Origin: Candidatus Marinacidobacterales bacterium
GTDB lineage: Bacteria; Acidobacteriota; Vicinamibacteria; Marinacidobacterales; DATDRI01
DNA length: 64,000 nucleotides
Reading direction: 5' to 3'
Assembly: GCA_965226495.1 (NCBI GenBank)
Contig: OZ245365.1
Span: 96,001-160,000 of the forward strand
The notes under the pieces were generated by a model, which worked only from the letters and a program-made list of their open reading frames with translations, made no database searches and was not told where the DNA came from. This document shows, one piece after another, positions 21,188-31,575 of the stretch. Both the position numbers and the translations under genes were made by a program. Every line of letters starts with the position of its first letter. The stretch's first letter is position 1.

Positions 21188-22828
21188 TTATCTTCTTCCC
21201 CACCAAACCGAGATTCCCACCACCAGGACGAAACCGGGAATGAAGAGTAAGGATAGGTATTTGACGTTATTCTGCTGCTGGGCGTTCAAGAAGAGTCTCC
21301 GATCCTCGGGCTCCCGGGGCCGGATAGAGATGAGGTCTTCGTCTTCGGCGATCCAATTCACCATATTGAGGAAAAGGTCGAGATTTGCGACCGGCGCTCC
21401 CACCAAGCTGTCGGTGATGAAGTCCGAGTCGCCCACGATCACCGCGCGGCCTTGCGGGGTAGTCGCATCGCTATCGCCGTCCTCCTCGGAGCCCGGGCCT
21501 CCCGCGGGGTCCTTTTCGGAGGCATTTTCAGCGGGCTCAGGGGGCTCTTCGACTTCGATGGTGATCGCGACTGCAAGGTCGAGTGGCCCCGGACGCTCGC
21601 TGTCGCCGGGAGAGACCGCCCCTTCGGCCAGGGCGTCGAAATCCTCCTCCGCCCAACTGTTGGGGGAAGAGCTCACCAGGGCGTCGACGGTGATTCCCTC
21701 TGCGATGGAGTCCGAAGCATCGACAGTGCGTACAAATGGGTAAACGGTGGGAGAGTTCGCGAACTTTTCGGTGATCGGGTGCGCGCTGTAGCTCGCGACC
21801 AGTGGGACCTCGGGGCCGAAACCGAAGAGCTGGCCGACACCTGAAGCGTCGATGACTACATTGTTGCCCAGCTCGACGTTGAAGTCCTTGAGGAGCGCCA
21901 CTAGATTCGGTTTCGCTCCCTGGTTTTCCGGATCGACCAAGAAGAGCACCTTCCCCCCGGCGTTCAGATAGTCACGCAACGCATCGATCTCCCCTGGGAG
22001 ATAATCTCTTTGCGGGCCGGCGATGATTAGAGCCGTAGCATCCTCGGGGAACTCAATTTTTCCTTCCGTCATCGATTGAAGGGGATGGAACTTGGCCACC
22101 TCGTAGTTCGACTCCTCGAGCTTCGTCTTAATGATCGATATTCCGGTCTCGGAGTCATCGATGTCTTTTTCTCCGTGTCCCTCGATGAAATAGATCTTCT
22201 TCGTTCCCTCTTTGATGACTTTGATGATGGTGTTGACGAGGTCTTGCTCGGTGGCAAAACTGACTCTCTCGACCTTGTCCCCGGCATCGAGCACGATGGT
22301 TCCGAAGGGGATGTTGGACTCGGTCGATGTCCGGTATTTGGTGGCCTTGGCGGGCTCGGCCTCCTGATCGACCACCTCCACCGAGATGTGATCGCTGTGG
22401 TAGCTAAACTCGGTTAACAAGTCGAGCGCCACTTGGGCACTGTCTTTACGGTCGAAGATGACGACTTTGAGGTCTCGGTCGAGGTTAGAGAGGACGGTGA
22501 CCGCTTGATCGGACAGCGTGTACTGCTTGGAGCCCGTGAGGTCCCAGCGCTTGTTGTGGCGAGTGGACAGATAGTTGATGCCGGCGACGAGTCCCGCCAC
22601 CAGCAGGATCATGAGCCCCAAGTTGGCGCCGTAGCGGGCGCCTCGTTTTTGAGCGAGGACGAGCAAGTCTCGCCACCGGGTTCCGAGGTAGAAGATGGCC
22701 AGCACCAGACCGGCGAGAACGAAAGCCGACCAGAGTTTCTCTCGTTCGGGCTCAAATATCCGGACGAGCACGCCAGCGAGGAGCACTCCCAAGGCGATCG
22801 GTCCCAGGTACGGTATGACGCGCTTCAT
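21188..22828 (-). CDS. GldG-family ABC transporter auxiliary component
   Basis: RWDLT...YTLS, YFIEGHGE, IAGP, VIVGDSDF, NLDLFLNMVNW. Confidence 0.85.
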   Translation of the reverse strand: MKRVIPYLGPIALGVLLAGVLVRIFEPEREKLWSAFVLAGLVLAIFYLGTRWRDLLVLAQKRGARYGANLGLMILLVAGLVAGINYLSTRHNKRWDLTGSKQYTLSDQAVTVLSNLDRDLKVVIFDRKDSAQVALDLLTEFSYHSDHISVEVVDQEAEPAKATKYRTSTESNIPFGTIVLDAGDKVERVSFATEQDLVNTIIKVIKEGTKKIYFIEGHGEKDIDDSETGISIIKTKLEESNYEVAKFHPLQSMTEGKIEFPEDATALIIAGPQRDYLPGEIDALRDYLNAGGKVLFLVDPENQGAKPNLVALLKDFNVELGNNVVIDASGVGQLFGFGPEVPLVASYSAHPITEKFANSPTVYPFVRTVDASDSIAEGITVDALVSSSPNSWAEEDFDALAEGAVSPGDSERPGPLDLAVAITIEVEEPPEPAENASEKDPAGGPGSEEDGDSDATTPQGRAVIVGDSDFITDSLVGAPVANLDLFLNMVNWIAEDEDLISIRPREPEDRRLFLNAQQQNNVKYLSLLFIPGFVLVVGISVWWGRR

Positions 22829-22829
22829 C

Positions 22830-23597
22830 TCAACCCCTCCACCGATGGGACTCCACCGACTGTGTGGAGAGGAAGAGTCCGAAGCCGATAAAGGAAAGGT
22901 AGTAGACGACGTCTTTGGTATCGATGACCCCCTTGGAGAAGTCCCCGATATGCTTGGTCACCGACATGTAGGCCGCCGCCGCCCCCCACGCTCCCATCCA
23001 GGCCTCGGAGTACTCGATGAGCCACAAGAAAAGGAAGACGCTGAAGGACATGAAGACCGCCACGATCTGGTTGCGGGTAAGACTGCTGAAGAGGACACCA
23101 AAGGAGACGAAGGCGCCCCCCAAGAGCAGCATTCCTAGGTAGCCCGCTAGAATGGGCTTCCATTCCGGCTCGCCGAAGTAAAAGAGGATGCCCATGTGAA
23201 TAAAAGTGAGTCCCAGCATCGCGGCATAAAGTGTCCAGGCCGAGAGGAACTTGCCGAGGACGAGCTGGAAGTCGGTGATCGGTGAGGTTAGGAGAAGCTC
23301 CATCGTGCCGGAGCGTTTCTCCTCCGCGAAGCTTCTCATCGTGAGTCCCGGAATCATGAAGAGAACGACCACGCTAGTGCTGTGGAAGAGCCAGCGGATC
23401 AGATCCTGGTTGAGGTTGAGCGTTCTTCCACCTCCGCCCATCTGCGCCATGCGAAGACCGAAGTCGATGAATCGATAGACGTAGTCGTAGAAGAAATAAC
23501 CATAGATCACCAAAAAGAGACTCAGCACCACATAGGCAATCCAGGAAGTGAAGTAAGAAGAGAGCTCCCTTCTATAAATTGCCCAGACGTTCTTCAT
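22830..23597 (-). CDS. ABC transporter permease (GldF-like)
   Basis: RELSSYF, TMRSFAEEKRSGTMELLLT, LGKFL. Confidence 0.88.
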   Translation of the reverse strand: MKNVWAIYRRELSSYFTSWIAYVVLSLFLVIYGYFFYDYVYRFIDFGLRMAQMGGGGRTLNLNQDLIRWLFHSTSVVVLFMIPGLTMRSFAEEKRSGTMELLLTSPITDFQLVLGKFLSAWTLYAAMLGLTFIHMGILFYFGEPEWKPILAGYLGMLLLGGAFVSFGVLFSSLTRNQIVAVFMSFSVFLFLWLIEYSEAWMGAWGAAAAYMSVTKHIGDFSKGVIDTKDVVYYLSFIGFGLFLSTQSVESHRWRG

Positions 23598-24610
23598 CAG
23601 TGCGATTCCTCCGTTGGGTCATCGTTCTCAGATCTATCATTGGGAGTGTGGGTTTCCTCGGGTGGGCCAGCTTCGGCATCCTCGCGGGTGGTGAGCTGCA
23701 GATAGACGTCCTCGAGACTCATTCCCATCTGCTTGAGCTCCAGGAGTCCAAAGCCAGCTTGCACGATACTTCGCGCCAGCTCACGGCGAATGTCGTGGCC
23801 GCTCGCCGTTTCGACCTCGAAGGTGTGGACGCCATTGCTTGCTGCCTTGGCTTCGACCTGCACCACCCCCGATAAAGAGTTAACCGCGTTACGCACCTCG
23901 TCTTCCGGCCCGTCGACGGTGAGGCTCAGTATCTCCGCGCCCCGCATGCGGGCGGTCAAGCCGTCCGGCGTATCCTCCGCCACGACCCGACCGCGGTTGA
24001 TGATGACGACGCGCTCGCAGGTCATGGAAACCTCGGGAAGGATGTGGGTAGAAAGGATAATGGTGTGCTCGCCGGAGAGGCCCTTGATGAGCTCCCTCGT
24101 CTCAATGATCTGTCTCGGGTCCAACCCCGCGGTGGGCTCGTCCAGGACCAGCACTTCAGGATCATGAACGAGCGCTTGCGCCAATCCTACCCGTTGCCGG
24201 TAGCCTTTGGACAACCTACCGTTTTGCTGGTCTCGAACATCGGTGATGGCGCACTTGGCGATGACGCTCTCCACCCGATCACGGCGCCGATTCGCGTCGA
24301 CTCCTTTGATGCGAGCCACGAAGTCCAAATAATCGACGACCGTCATTTCCGGGTACAAGGGAGGTGACTCCGGCAGGTAGCCGATACGCTTCTTGACGTC
24401 CATGGGCTTCTTGAAGCAATCGAATCCGGCGATCGAAGCCGAGCCCTCGGTGGCGGGGATGAAGCAAGTCAAAATCCGCATCGTCGTGGTCTTTCCGGCC
24501 CCGTTCGGACCGAGAAGACCCAGAATCTCTCCCTTGCGAACCTGGAAGCTGACGTCATCGACCGCGGTTGTTCGACCAAATCTTTTTGTAATACCGTTGA
24601 CTTCGATCAA
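23597..24610 (-). CDS. ABC transporter ATP-binding protein (GldA-like)
   Basis: GPNGAGKTT, LSKGYRQR, LDEPTAGLDP. Confidence 0.93.
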   Translation of the reverse strand: MIEVNGITKRFGRTTAVDDVSFQVRKGEILGLLGPNGAGKTTTMRILTCFIPATEGSASIAGFDCFKKPMDVKKRIGYLPESPPLYPEMTVVDYLDFVARIKGVDANRRRDRVESVIAKCAITDVRDQQNGRLSKGYRQRVGLAQALVHDPEVLVLDEPTAGLDPRQIIETRELIKGLSGEHTIILSTHILPEVSMTCERVVIINRGRVVAEDTPDGLTARMRGAEILSLTVDGPEDEVRNAVNSLSGVVQVEAKAASNGVHTFEVETASGHDIRRELARSIVQAGFGLLELKQMGMSLEDVYLQLTTREDAEAGPPEETHTPNDRSENDDPTEESH

Positions 24611-24776
24611 GCTGCACGCCTCCTTTGACCAGAGGGATTATACTTCGCCTATTCGAACCGCCGGGCAACGTAACCGGGCGAGCCCGGGGGCAGTTTCTTC
24701 ATGAGTCCCCGTCGCGGTTCAGGAATTGACCATCGAGGGCGTCGAGAGAGCCGATGGAGGTCCCCGGAAGGAGCGT

Positions 24777-24805
24777 ATAATAGTGAATCGGTCACGGGCT
24801 GTCAA
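24777..24805 (-). promoter_or_regulatory. sigma-70 promoter upstream of the ABC operon
   Basis: TTGACA-17 bp-TATTAT on the minus strand. Confidence 0.65.
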
Positions 24806-24838
24806 CTAGTCTGGAAGAAGGACTGATCGCGAAAACTA

Positions 24839-25381
24839 GTGAAATTACAACGGATTATGAGCTTGAAGATGGTCGCCCTCTTCGCCCTCTTCGCCGTCTC
24901 CTTTCTCTCTGCCTGCTCGGATCTCAGTAAGGAAGAAGCCGCGAAGGGACTCCAGGCCGCGGAAGTCGTGAGCTACTGGACGGTCCGAGGAAAGTTCGAG
25001 GACGATACTTACATTCGGCCCATTGTAAGATTCCGCATCCGCAACGAGGGACCGAAGGCGGTCGATTACATTCAGACGATGGCCGTGTTTCGAAGAATGA
25101 GTGCACCCGACGAACACTGGGGAAGTGCTTTCGAGTTTTCCCTCTCGGGTGACCCGGTGGCGCCCGGCGGTGAGTCGCGGGTTATTACCCTCCGCTCCGA
25201 TTCCTACTACTTCTCCAAGGTGGCACCAAAGCGAATGTTCGACAACGAGGGATGGGAACAAGTGACGGTCGAGGTCTTCCTAAAAATCGGTCCGTCATCA
25301 TGGAGGCCAGTGGCAAAAGTCGAAGTCCCCCAACGGATTGGGGCGCCCGGTGTCGAAAAATTCCTCGTCCCGTCTGGTTAA
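24839..25381 (+). CDS. Hypothetical lipoprotein
   Basis: Hydrophobic signal ending in an LSAC lipobox; true start may be slightly downstream. Confidence 0.7.
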   Translation: MKLQRIMSLKMVALFALFAVSFLSACSDLSKEEAAKGLQAAEVVSYWTVRGKFEDDTYIRPIVRFRIRNEGPKAVDYIQTMAVFRRMSAPDEHWGSAFEFSLSGDPVAPGGESRVITLRSDSYYFSKVAPKRMFDNEGWEQVTVEVFLKIGPSSWRPVAKVEVPQRIGAPGVEKFLVPSG

Positions 25382-25392
25382 ACGTACTCCGA

Positions 25393-26706
25393 TCAAGGTT
25401 GGAAGTGTTTCATAACCCAATGCGCGGCCTCTTCTTCGCTGCGGACGATCCCCTCGAGTCGCTTTTCTTCGACTTCCCTCAAGATCTCACCGATCTTCGG
25501 GCCAGGGTGAAAACCCAGGCGTACGAGATCCCTGCCGCGCAGTAGCGGAGGAGTCGGCAAGGGTTCTTTCTCGAGCTCTTGCTTCTTCTCCCGCACGAAG
25601 TCCCAGTTGGAGAGATCTCCACTGCCCGCCAAGCAATCGAGTCGATGAAGCTCAAGCTCCTCATCGAAATTATCCTTGGACATGTAGCGCCGAAGCGTGG
25701 CGGTGCGCATGTAGCGAACGTCGAAGAAACGGAGATGGTTCTCTACTGCGGAAACGATATGCTCCCGAGTGCGCCGGTCGAAACGCAGCCGCTTGAGGAT
25801 CTCTTCAGCTATTTCCGATCCAACCCGCGCATGGTTCGGAAAAAGCGCGGGACCGGCGGGGTTTCGGGTCGGAGGCTTTCCGACGTCGTGCAACAGTGCC
25901 GAAAACGCCAAACTCAAAGTAGGCTCCTTCAAGAGCGATAGGATCTTCACCGTATGCGCAAAGACATCCCCTTCCGGGTGATAGCGTTCCCCTTGTTCCA
26001 CGCCTTTCATCGCCGCAACTTCTGGGAGGATAGGCTCGAGAAGATCGTGCCGGTCGAGCAACCGGAGACCCTCCTCCGGGTGCGGCCCGGTGAGAAGCTT
26101 TGCCAATTCGTTGCGAACGCGCTCGCCGCTTACCACTTTGATTTCTGGAGCCAAGTGGCAAATCGCATCACCGGTTGCCTCCTCGATCCGGAAATTCAGA
26201 TTAGCGGCCAGGCGGATGGCTCGGAGCATCCGAAGCTTGTCTTCCGCAAACCGCTCTTGCGGTTTTCCAATGCAGCGAATCAACTTGCTCTCGATGTCTT
26301 CCCGACCACCCACCCAGTCGAGAAACTCCAAGGCCAGCGGGTCGTAGAACATGCCGTTGATGGTGAAGTCGCGCCGGGCGACATCGGACCGCGCATCGGC
26401 AGGATCCACCCACGCCGGACGCCTTCCGTCCCGGTACGGTCCCTCAGACCGAAAGGTCGCGACTTCGAATCCCTCCCCCTCATGGATCACGAGGATGACC
26501 CCGAAGTCGGCTCCCAGTGGGACCGTCCTTCCGAAAAGGGAACGAACCGCCTCGGGTGGTGCGGCGGTAGCAATGTCGATATCCGACGGAGCCTTGCCAA
26601 GAAGCATGTCTCGAACCGTGCCCCCCGCGAAATAGGAGGGATAGCCGGCCTCGACAAGTGTCTCGACGATGGCCTTGGCTTTGACTTCGTTTGCTCCGTT
26701 CGCCAT
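25393..26706 (-). CDS. cca: CCA tRNA nucleotidyltransferase with HD domain
   Basis: GGTVRD, DIDIAT, RRDFTIN, EDKLRMLR templating motif, LLHDVGK. Confidence 0.88.
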   Translation of the reverse strand: MANGANEVKAKAIVETLVEAGYPSYFAGGTVRDMLLGKAPSDIDIATAAPPEAVRSLFGRTVPLGADFGVILVIHEGEGFEVATFRSEGPYRDGRRPAWVDPADARSDVARRDFTINGMFYDPLALEFLDWVGGREDIESKLIRCIGKPQERFAEDKLRMLRAIRLAANLNFRIEEATGDAICHLAPEIKVVSGERVRNELAKLLTGPHPEEGLRLLDRHDLLEPILPEVAAMKGVEQGERYHPEGDVFAHTVKILSLLKEPTLSLAFSALLHDVGKPPTRNPAGPALFPNHARVGSEIAEEILKRLRFDRRTREHIVSAVENHLRFFDVRYMRTATLRRYMSKDNFDEELELHRLDCLAGSGDLSNWDFVREKKQELEKEPLPTPPLLRGRDLVRLGFHPGPKIGEILREVEEKRLEGIVRSEEEAAHWVMKHFQP

Positions 26707-27139
26707 GTCGATTGACTTCGCTAAACCATGCTAACAGAACAAGTAAGCCGGGCATAGGCGGTTAGGGCCGCCCCCTGAGCTTTCAGGCAACCGCAGGTGC
26801 GAAAGAGGCGGACTCCGGAATTTTCCCCCCCGAAAGTCCGTAGTTTTCCGGATTCACAGATGAGTATCTTGGGCGTATAACAGAACCGGCAAACAATGTA
26901 TACAAGAACGACAGCTGGGTAGTGTCTCAGTTTGAAATGAGACCAGGTGACAAAGGTGTTGAACGTGCTCGACATGTTTGACACAATAATGGGCCTGGAG
27001 ATATGCTCCCACCCCAATCTAGAAGGAGGGTTGCCCGGTACAGGACCGCGCGCACCGACGTGGTTGGCCGCCGTGACTAGCCAAAATCGCGACAGCGAGA
27101 TGTCCGAGATTCGCTTGGACCAGATATGCCGGTTCCAGA

Positions 27140-27239
27140 CGTCGGGTTGGCGGTTTCTAAAGGGTGAGAAGGCTCGTTCGCATCGAAACTGAGTGCTGAG
27201 CGTCGGCGCGAGATCGCGAAGAAGGCAGCGGCGGCATGG
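27140..27239 (+). pseudogene. Remnant of a small basic KGG-like protein
   Basis: Reads RRVGG / LKGEKAR / ASKLSAERRREIAKKAAAAW across three frames. Confidence 0.45.
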
Positions 27240-29022
27240 AATTCTGGACGACCTCAAGGAACGGGCGAAGGTGCTTGATTAGTGGCTCGTCGAACACGAT
27301 TCCGACCTGATTCGCTATAGCGGAGGTTCAATGACTCCGCTCGAATCGCTCAATCAGCTAGTCTTGAATAAGGCTGATCCGGGAAAACTTACCCTTTTTC
27401 TAACTACCTTCGGTGGTCGCGCCCATGCCGCCTATAGGCTGACGCAGCTTGCAGAGTCGATACCAGCGTGAATACCAGGTCCATGCAAGAGTGCTGGGAC
27501 CCTCCTTGCATCTTTCAGGCACCGAATTAGTGTTTGAGGTACAGCGGGGAACTTGGGCCGTGGCGTCGCTCGTCAGCCTGAACGATATTTTTCGCGATCC
27601 TCCGACCCGCTAGGTCTAGGCATGAACGCAGAATCGAACGGTGGCGTTCCGGCGTCGACGGCCATGTTAAACATCGACGAGCAAGCAGGCAACCTACCAA
27701 GCTTGGTAGCTCTGGTGCGTCAACCGATAGTGGACCCACCCACGTCCAGGAGACGCCAGCGCCCTTGGAATCGGCTTTCGGGCCGTGCATCCAAAAGTCT
27801 CGAACCTTTCGCGGCTTAGACGAAGCGGCCAAATCTTACCAACTCTGGTTTTGGTGCACGGGAGGTTGCTACCATGTTCACGGGTCGTCACTACATACGC
27901 GAGGAGCTGGCTCCAAGTCGCGGGATTTGGTTCTCGAACCTCATCCGTGCTACGCCTTTGTCATCCTAGAGTTTTTCAGCTCTGAGGCTGTTGACCCTCG
28001 ACCGAGCGCCTGCTACGACTTGCGCCCGAGGCCGGTTTTTGTCTAGCTTGACCACGTGAAGTTACCCCAGAAGCGACATTGAAAGCTCATTTGCAATAAA
28101 GAGCATCCTGTCAAGCATAAAAGATACAGAGGCAAACATTCAATAACTTGACAACAGGGCTACTTTTGCACTGTGGCGGTTCGTGGTATGCTTACCTAGA
28201 ATGGTGATAGCATAATCACAGGGGCATGTTGGGGAGGCTTCTCGCCAAAGGGGTCCCCAATACCGTAAGGTGCTCCTCAACGCTGGGAAGCTATTCGCAG
28301 TACCCGACACTGCCTCCGTCTTCGAAGCGTTCTGCGCCGTGTGATGACATCTGAGCTTCACGCTCTCCTAAACGCGGCAGAAGAATGTTCGAGGCAAATG
28401 CCGCACCCCATAACGCGGGCGACACGAGACATGGACCTTCTTGATGGCGACTCCAAGCTAATCATCTCCTTGGTTATCGGCCCAACGCTCGCTACGCGAC
28501 GGAGTTTATGCAGGACTTGGCGGGTTGGCTCGCCACCGCGTGATAACGAGCGACGGCTGGCTTGTCGAGGTTCGTTCGGCTCAGATCGTGCTGTTGGCCC
28601 GCACTACGGGAACGCGCCAGAAGGTCAGAGGCGAGGCTTACAGTTGCCTTGCCGTCTGCACCGGCCTTGCGGCCCATCGAGCGGACCCAGCGGCTTTGCG
28701 TAGAGCGCAGAATTTGCTTGAGCATGCGCGCCAGGCTTGCCGGCGCGATTTTCTCCATACGAGCTGGGCTGGACGGCCAGCGTCCATGCTGTCTCTTGCG
28801 ACCTTCGCCACGGTCGACAGATTCTTGTGCGACATACACGGCCGCTCGCGTAACCCCGGTCGATGCTTCCGGCCGCTTACGGACACCGTTCGGAAAGCTG
28901 GATTGGCATTGTCCAGCTACTTGCCAGATGGTAAGACTATTGACCAAGCCTGGGTCACGCGGCCCCGTTGCAAAAAGCTTAAAGGAAATTCAAACTGAGA
29001 CACTACCGACAGCTGGGAGGGT

Positions 29023-29388
29023 TTGAACTTGAAGGTTGGCGAAAAAATTCGAGACGTGCGAAAGAGTAAACGTATCCGCCAGAAGGTGTTAGCGCGGATG
29101 GTCGGGATATCGGCGGGAGCACTTACCAACTTCGAAAAGGGGCGCAGGCGTGTCTCGCTCGACTGGCTACATAGGATCTCCGAGGCGTTGGATACCCCCG
29201 TGGCCTACTTTCTTCCGGACGAGCGGGACAAGAAAAAGACGTCTCCCGGCGACCCGCGCGAGCGACGGCTCCTGAACGCGTGGCGGCTGTTGAACGGAGA
29301 CGAGCGGTTGCGAGGAGATTTTCTCGACTTAGCGGGCCATCTGGGCAGCACGAACGGCGCGCACGGTAGGAAGAAGATACGTCGCTAG
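29023..29388 (+). CDS. XRE-family HTH transcriptional regulator
   Basis: VGEKIRDVRK...QKVLARMVGISAGALTNFEKGRR...LDTPVAYFL; GGGAGG SD. Confidence 0.85.
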   Translation: MNLKVGEKIRDVRKSKRIRQKVLARMVGISAGALTNFEKGRRRVSLDWLHRISEALDTPVAYFLPDERDKKKTSPGDPRERRLLNAWRLLNGDERLRGDFLDLAGHLGSTNGAHGRKKIRR

Positions 29389-29466
29389 CGCCTGGGGCGC
29401 CTGTAAGGATTGGAGCGTTGGGTGGGAGTAGGTTTTCGCCTCGTCCCTGATTATCGGGGCGTGGGC

Positions 29467-29964
29467 CTACTCGTCGATCTGCGCGACCAGCTGGTAGAAC
29501 CTCTCGACGTAACGCTGCAACCTGTCTTCTCCCTTAGAGTCTAACTTGGTGAAGGCGAGGCCGACTCCCGGGGGCTCGGTCTTAGAGCCTTCCTTCCCCG
29601 TGCTCCACATTACCTCGGCCTCCGCTTTGAACTCTCCGAGTTTCCAGGGAAGGAAAATAAGCAGCTGCAACCGGGTCCCAGACGGGATCGGTTTCTTGGT
29701 GGCCAAGAAAGCGCCGCCAATGCTGAGGTTGGTGAGATACCCTCTTTGGACTCGGCCATTTGCTCCCACCTCGGCTTTGACCACCAGCGGCAGTCTAGGG
29801 TGCCTTCTGTTCTCTGCGCCGTTGGGTTGGGGATCCTTTTTCTTTGCCGCGCCCTGAGCGGAGCGATCTCGGGCCCCGACCACTACAATCGTGGGTTTTC
29901 TGGGCTCGGAATCGTCGGATGGATCGGTCTCGGGGCTCTTTCCCAAAGCATTCGTCCCGCTCAT
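29467..29964 (-). CDS. PilZ domain protein
   Basis: RRHPR and NLSIGG c-di-GMP-binding motifs, GVGLAF. Confidence 0.88.
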   Translation of the reverse strand: MSGTNALGKSPETDPSDDSEPRKPTIVVVGARDRSAQGAAKKKDPQPNGAENRRHPRLPLVVKAEVGANGRVQRGYLTNLSIGGAFLATKKPIPSGTRLQLLIFLPWKLGEFKAEAEVMWSTGKEGSKTEPPGVGLAFTKLDSKGEDRLQRYVERFYQLVAQIDE

Positions 29965-30035
29965 ATATCTCCCCCTAATCTAAGACGAGCGATTCGCCCC
30001 CGGCGCTAGGCGCGGTGCCCCCTGGGCTTCAAGGT

Positions 30036-30051
30036 AGCAATGCTTGTGCCA
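30036..30051 (-). promoter_or_regulatory. sigma-54 promoter of the PilZ gene
   Basis: TGGCAC-AAGCA-TTGCT; IHF-like AATCAA box about 30 bp upstream. Confidence 0.75.
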
Positions 30052-30249
30052 CTGGACGTAGCGACCACGAAGCTGTTCTAGGCTATTGATTCTACGACAG
30101 TTGCAAGAATAGGTCGCGCCGAGTCCGAGGGCTCGCGCGTGGGGGTGTCCCTACACTTTTAGTGCTCGCTCACTCCTCGTTCGGCCGCTGGCCTCCGCTC
30201 GATAAACTCGCTGCGGCCGGCGGCGGCTTCGGGACAGCTGATGGCTCCG

Positions 30250-31401
30250 CTAGACGCGTTCATGGGGGTCGAACAGCTTCTGGTGCTCGCCGAGGGCGAA
30301 CCGGTCGGTCATGCCAGCGATGTAATCACAAGCGACACGGTGGAGACCCTCTTCCGGGATGTACCTTTGAACATGAGGAGGAAGCTGTTCTTGGCTCGAG
30401 GTATAGGCGTGAAAGAGATCGCGGAGCACGCGCTGCGCTTTTTCCGCCATCCGCACCACCCGATAGTGCCGGTAAAGGTTCGTAAACAGGAATTGCTTCA
30501 GGTTGCGTTTCCCTTGCTCGACCTCGGGTGTGAACTCGACCAAGCGTCGCCCCGCGCCGCGGACTTCCTCCAAGGTTTGGACATTTCGAGAGCCGATGTT
30601 TTCCAGGGTTCGCCGGATGAGGTCTGTAGTCAGCGTGTTGATGATGCCTCGGATGGCGACCCGAATCTGGACCTTGATTTCCTCGCCCGGGTAAGTGTCA
30701 GAGGCGAACTTGAAGTGTTCCTTCCAGAGGTCGACCTCCTGCAGCCCTTCCAGGTTGAGAATCCCGGACGATAGGCCATCTTCGAGATCATGATTCGTGT
30801 ACGCGATCTCGTCCGCCAGATCCACCAACTGCGCCTCCAAGACTGGCTCCGCCCCGTCCATGAACTCGGCCGGGGCGGCCTCCCGGTATCGGGGCGAGTG
30901 CTTGACGATGCCCTCTCGCACCTCGAAGGTCAGATTGAGACCGCGAAAGCCCGGATAGCGACGCTCGAGCTTGTCGACGATTCGAATAGCCTGCAGATTG
31001 TGCTCGAAACCGCCGTGGTCCCGCATCAGCTCGTTGATGGCATCCTCGCCGGAATGCCCGAAGGGAGGATGACCGAGATCGTGCGCGAGGGTGACCGCCT
31101 CGGTTAGATCCTCATTGAGCCGCAGCGAGCGGGCGATGGTGCGCGATATCTGTGCCGCTTCCAGCGAGTGCGTCAGTCGCGTGCGGTAATGATCGCCCTC
31201 GTGGTTGACGAAGACCTGGGTCTTGTATTCCAGACGGCGAAACGCGGTGCAGTGGATGATGCGGTCCCGGTCCCTTTGATAGACAGTGCGGAAGTCGTGC
31301 TCGGGCTCAGGGAAACTGCGGCCTCGCGAAGTTCGGCTGAGCGCCGCATAGGGGCGGAGCGACTCCGACTCCAGTTTTTCGAAAAACGCTCGATCCAGCA
31401 C
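30250..31401 (-). CDS. dgt: Deoxyguanosinetriphosphate triphosphohydrolase
   Basis: QRDRDRIIH, RRLEYKTQV, RTRLTHSLE, HDLGHPPFGHSGE, DYIAGMTD; GTG 31401 chosen from promoter position. Confidence 0.93.
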   Translation of the reverse strand: MLDRAFFEKLESESLRPYAALSRTSRGRSFPEPEHDFRTVYQRDRDRIIHCTAFRRLEYKTQVFVNHEGDHYRTRLTHSLEAAQISRTIARSLRLNEDLTEAVTLAHDLGHPPFGHSGEDAINELMRDHGGFEHNLQAIRIVDKLERRYPGFRGLNLTFEVREGIVKHSPRYREAAPAEFMDGAEPVLEAQLVDLADEIAYTNHDLEDGLSSGILNLEGLQEVDLWKEHFKFASDTYPGEEIKVQIRVAIRGIINTLTTDLIRRTLENIGSRNVQTLEEVRGAGRRLVEFTPEVEQGKRNLKQFLFTNLYRHYRVVRMAEKAQRVLRDLFHAYTSSQEQLPPHVQRYIPEEGLHRVACDYIAGMTDRFALGEHQKLFDPHERV

Positions 31402-31406
31402 GGTCC

Positions 31407-31435
31407 AAGCTACTCGCAATCTTGGGAGCTGTCAA
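31407..31435 (-). promoter_or_regulatory. sigma-70 promoter of dgt (leaderless)
   Basis: TTGACA-17 bp-TAGCTT, 5 nt before GTG. Confidence 0.65.
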
Positions 31436-31446
31436 AAAGAGGTGGG

Positions 31447-31490
31447 AAAGAATAAAGAAGGGGCTGGACCATTAAATCCAGCCCCTTCTT
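31447..31490 (-). terminator. Intrinsic terminator
   Basis: AAGAAGGGGCTGGA-8 nt-TCCAGCCCCTTCTT followed by TATTCTTT. Confidence 0.8.
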
Positions 31491-31565
31491 GCCTACGATA
31501 GGAGGGAGCTTGAGCCTCCACGCCGGGCCCTTTCCCGACTCAGAAGCATCCAGTTAGTAGACAAA
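31447..31565 (-). ncRNA. Candidate sigma-54-dependent small RNA
   Basis: Consensus -24/-12 promoter, stem-loop, CTCCCTCCT anti-SD tract, 14-bp terminator hairpin with U tract. Confidence 0.6.
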
Positions 31566-31575
31566 CCGCAGTGAC

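Noticed and set aside
24758-24775. SRP RNA-like AGGTCCCCGGAAGGAGC
   Set aside because: Lacks the CAGG...GGAAGCAGC helix-8 symmetric loop and the surrounding long stem
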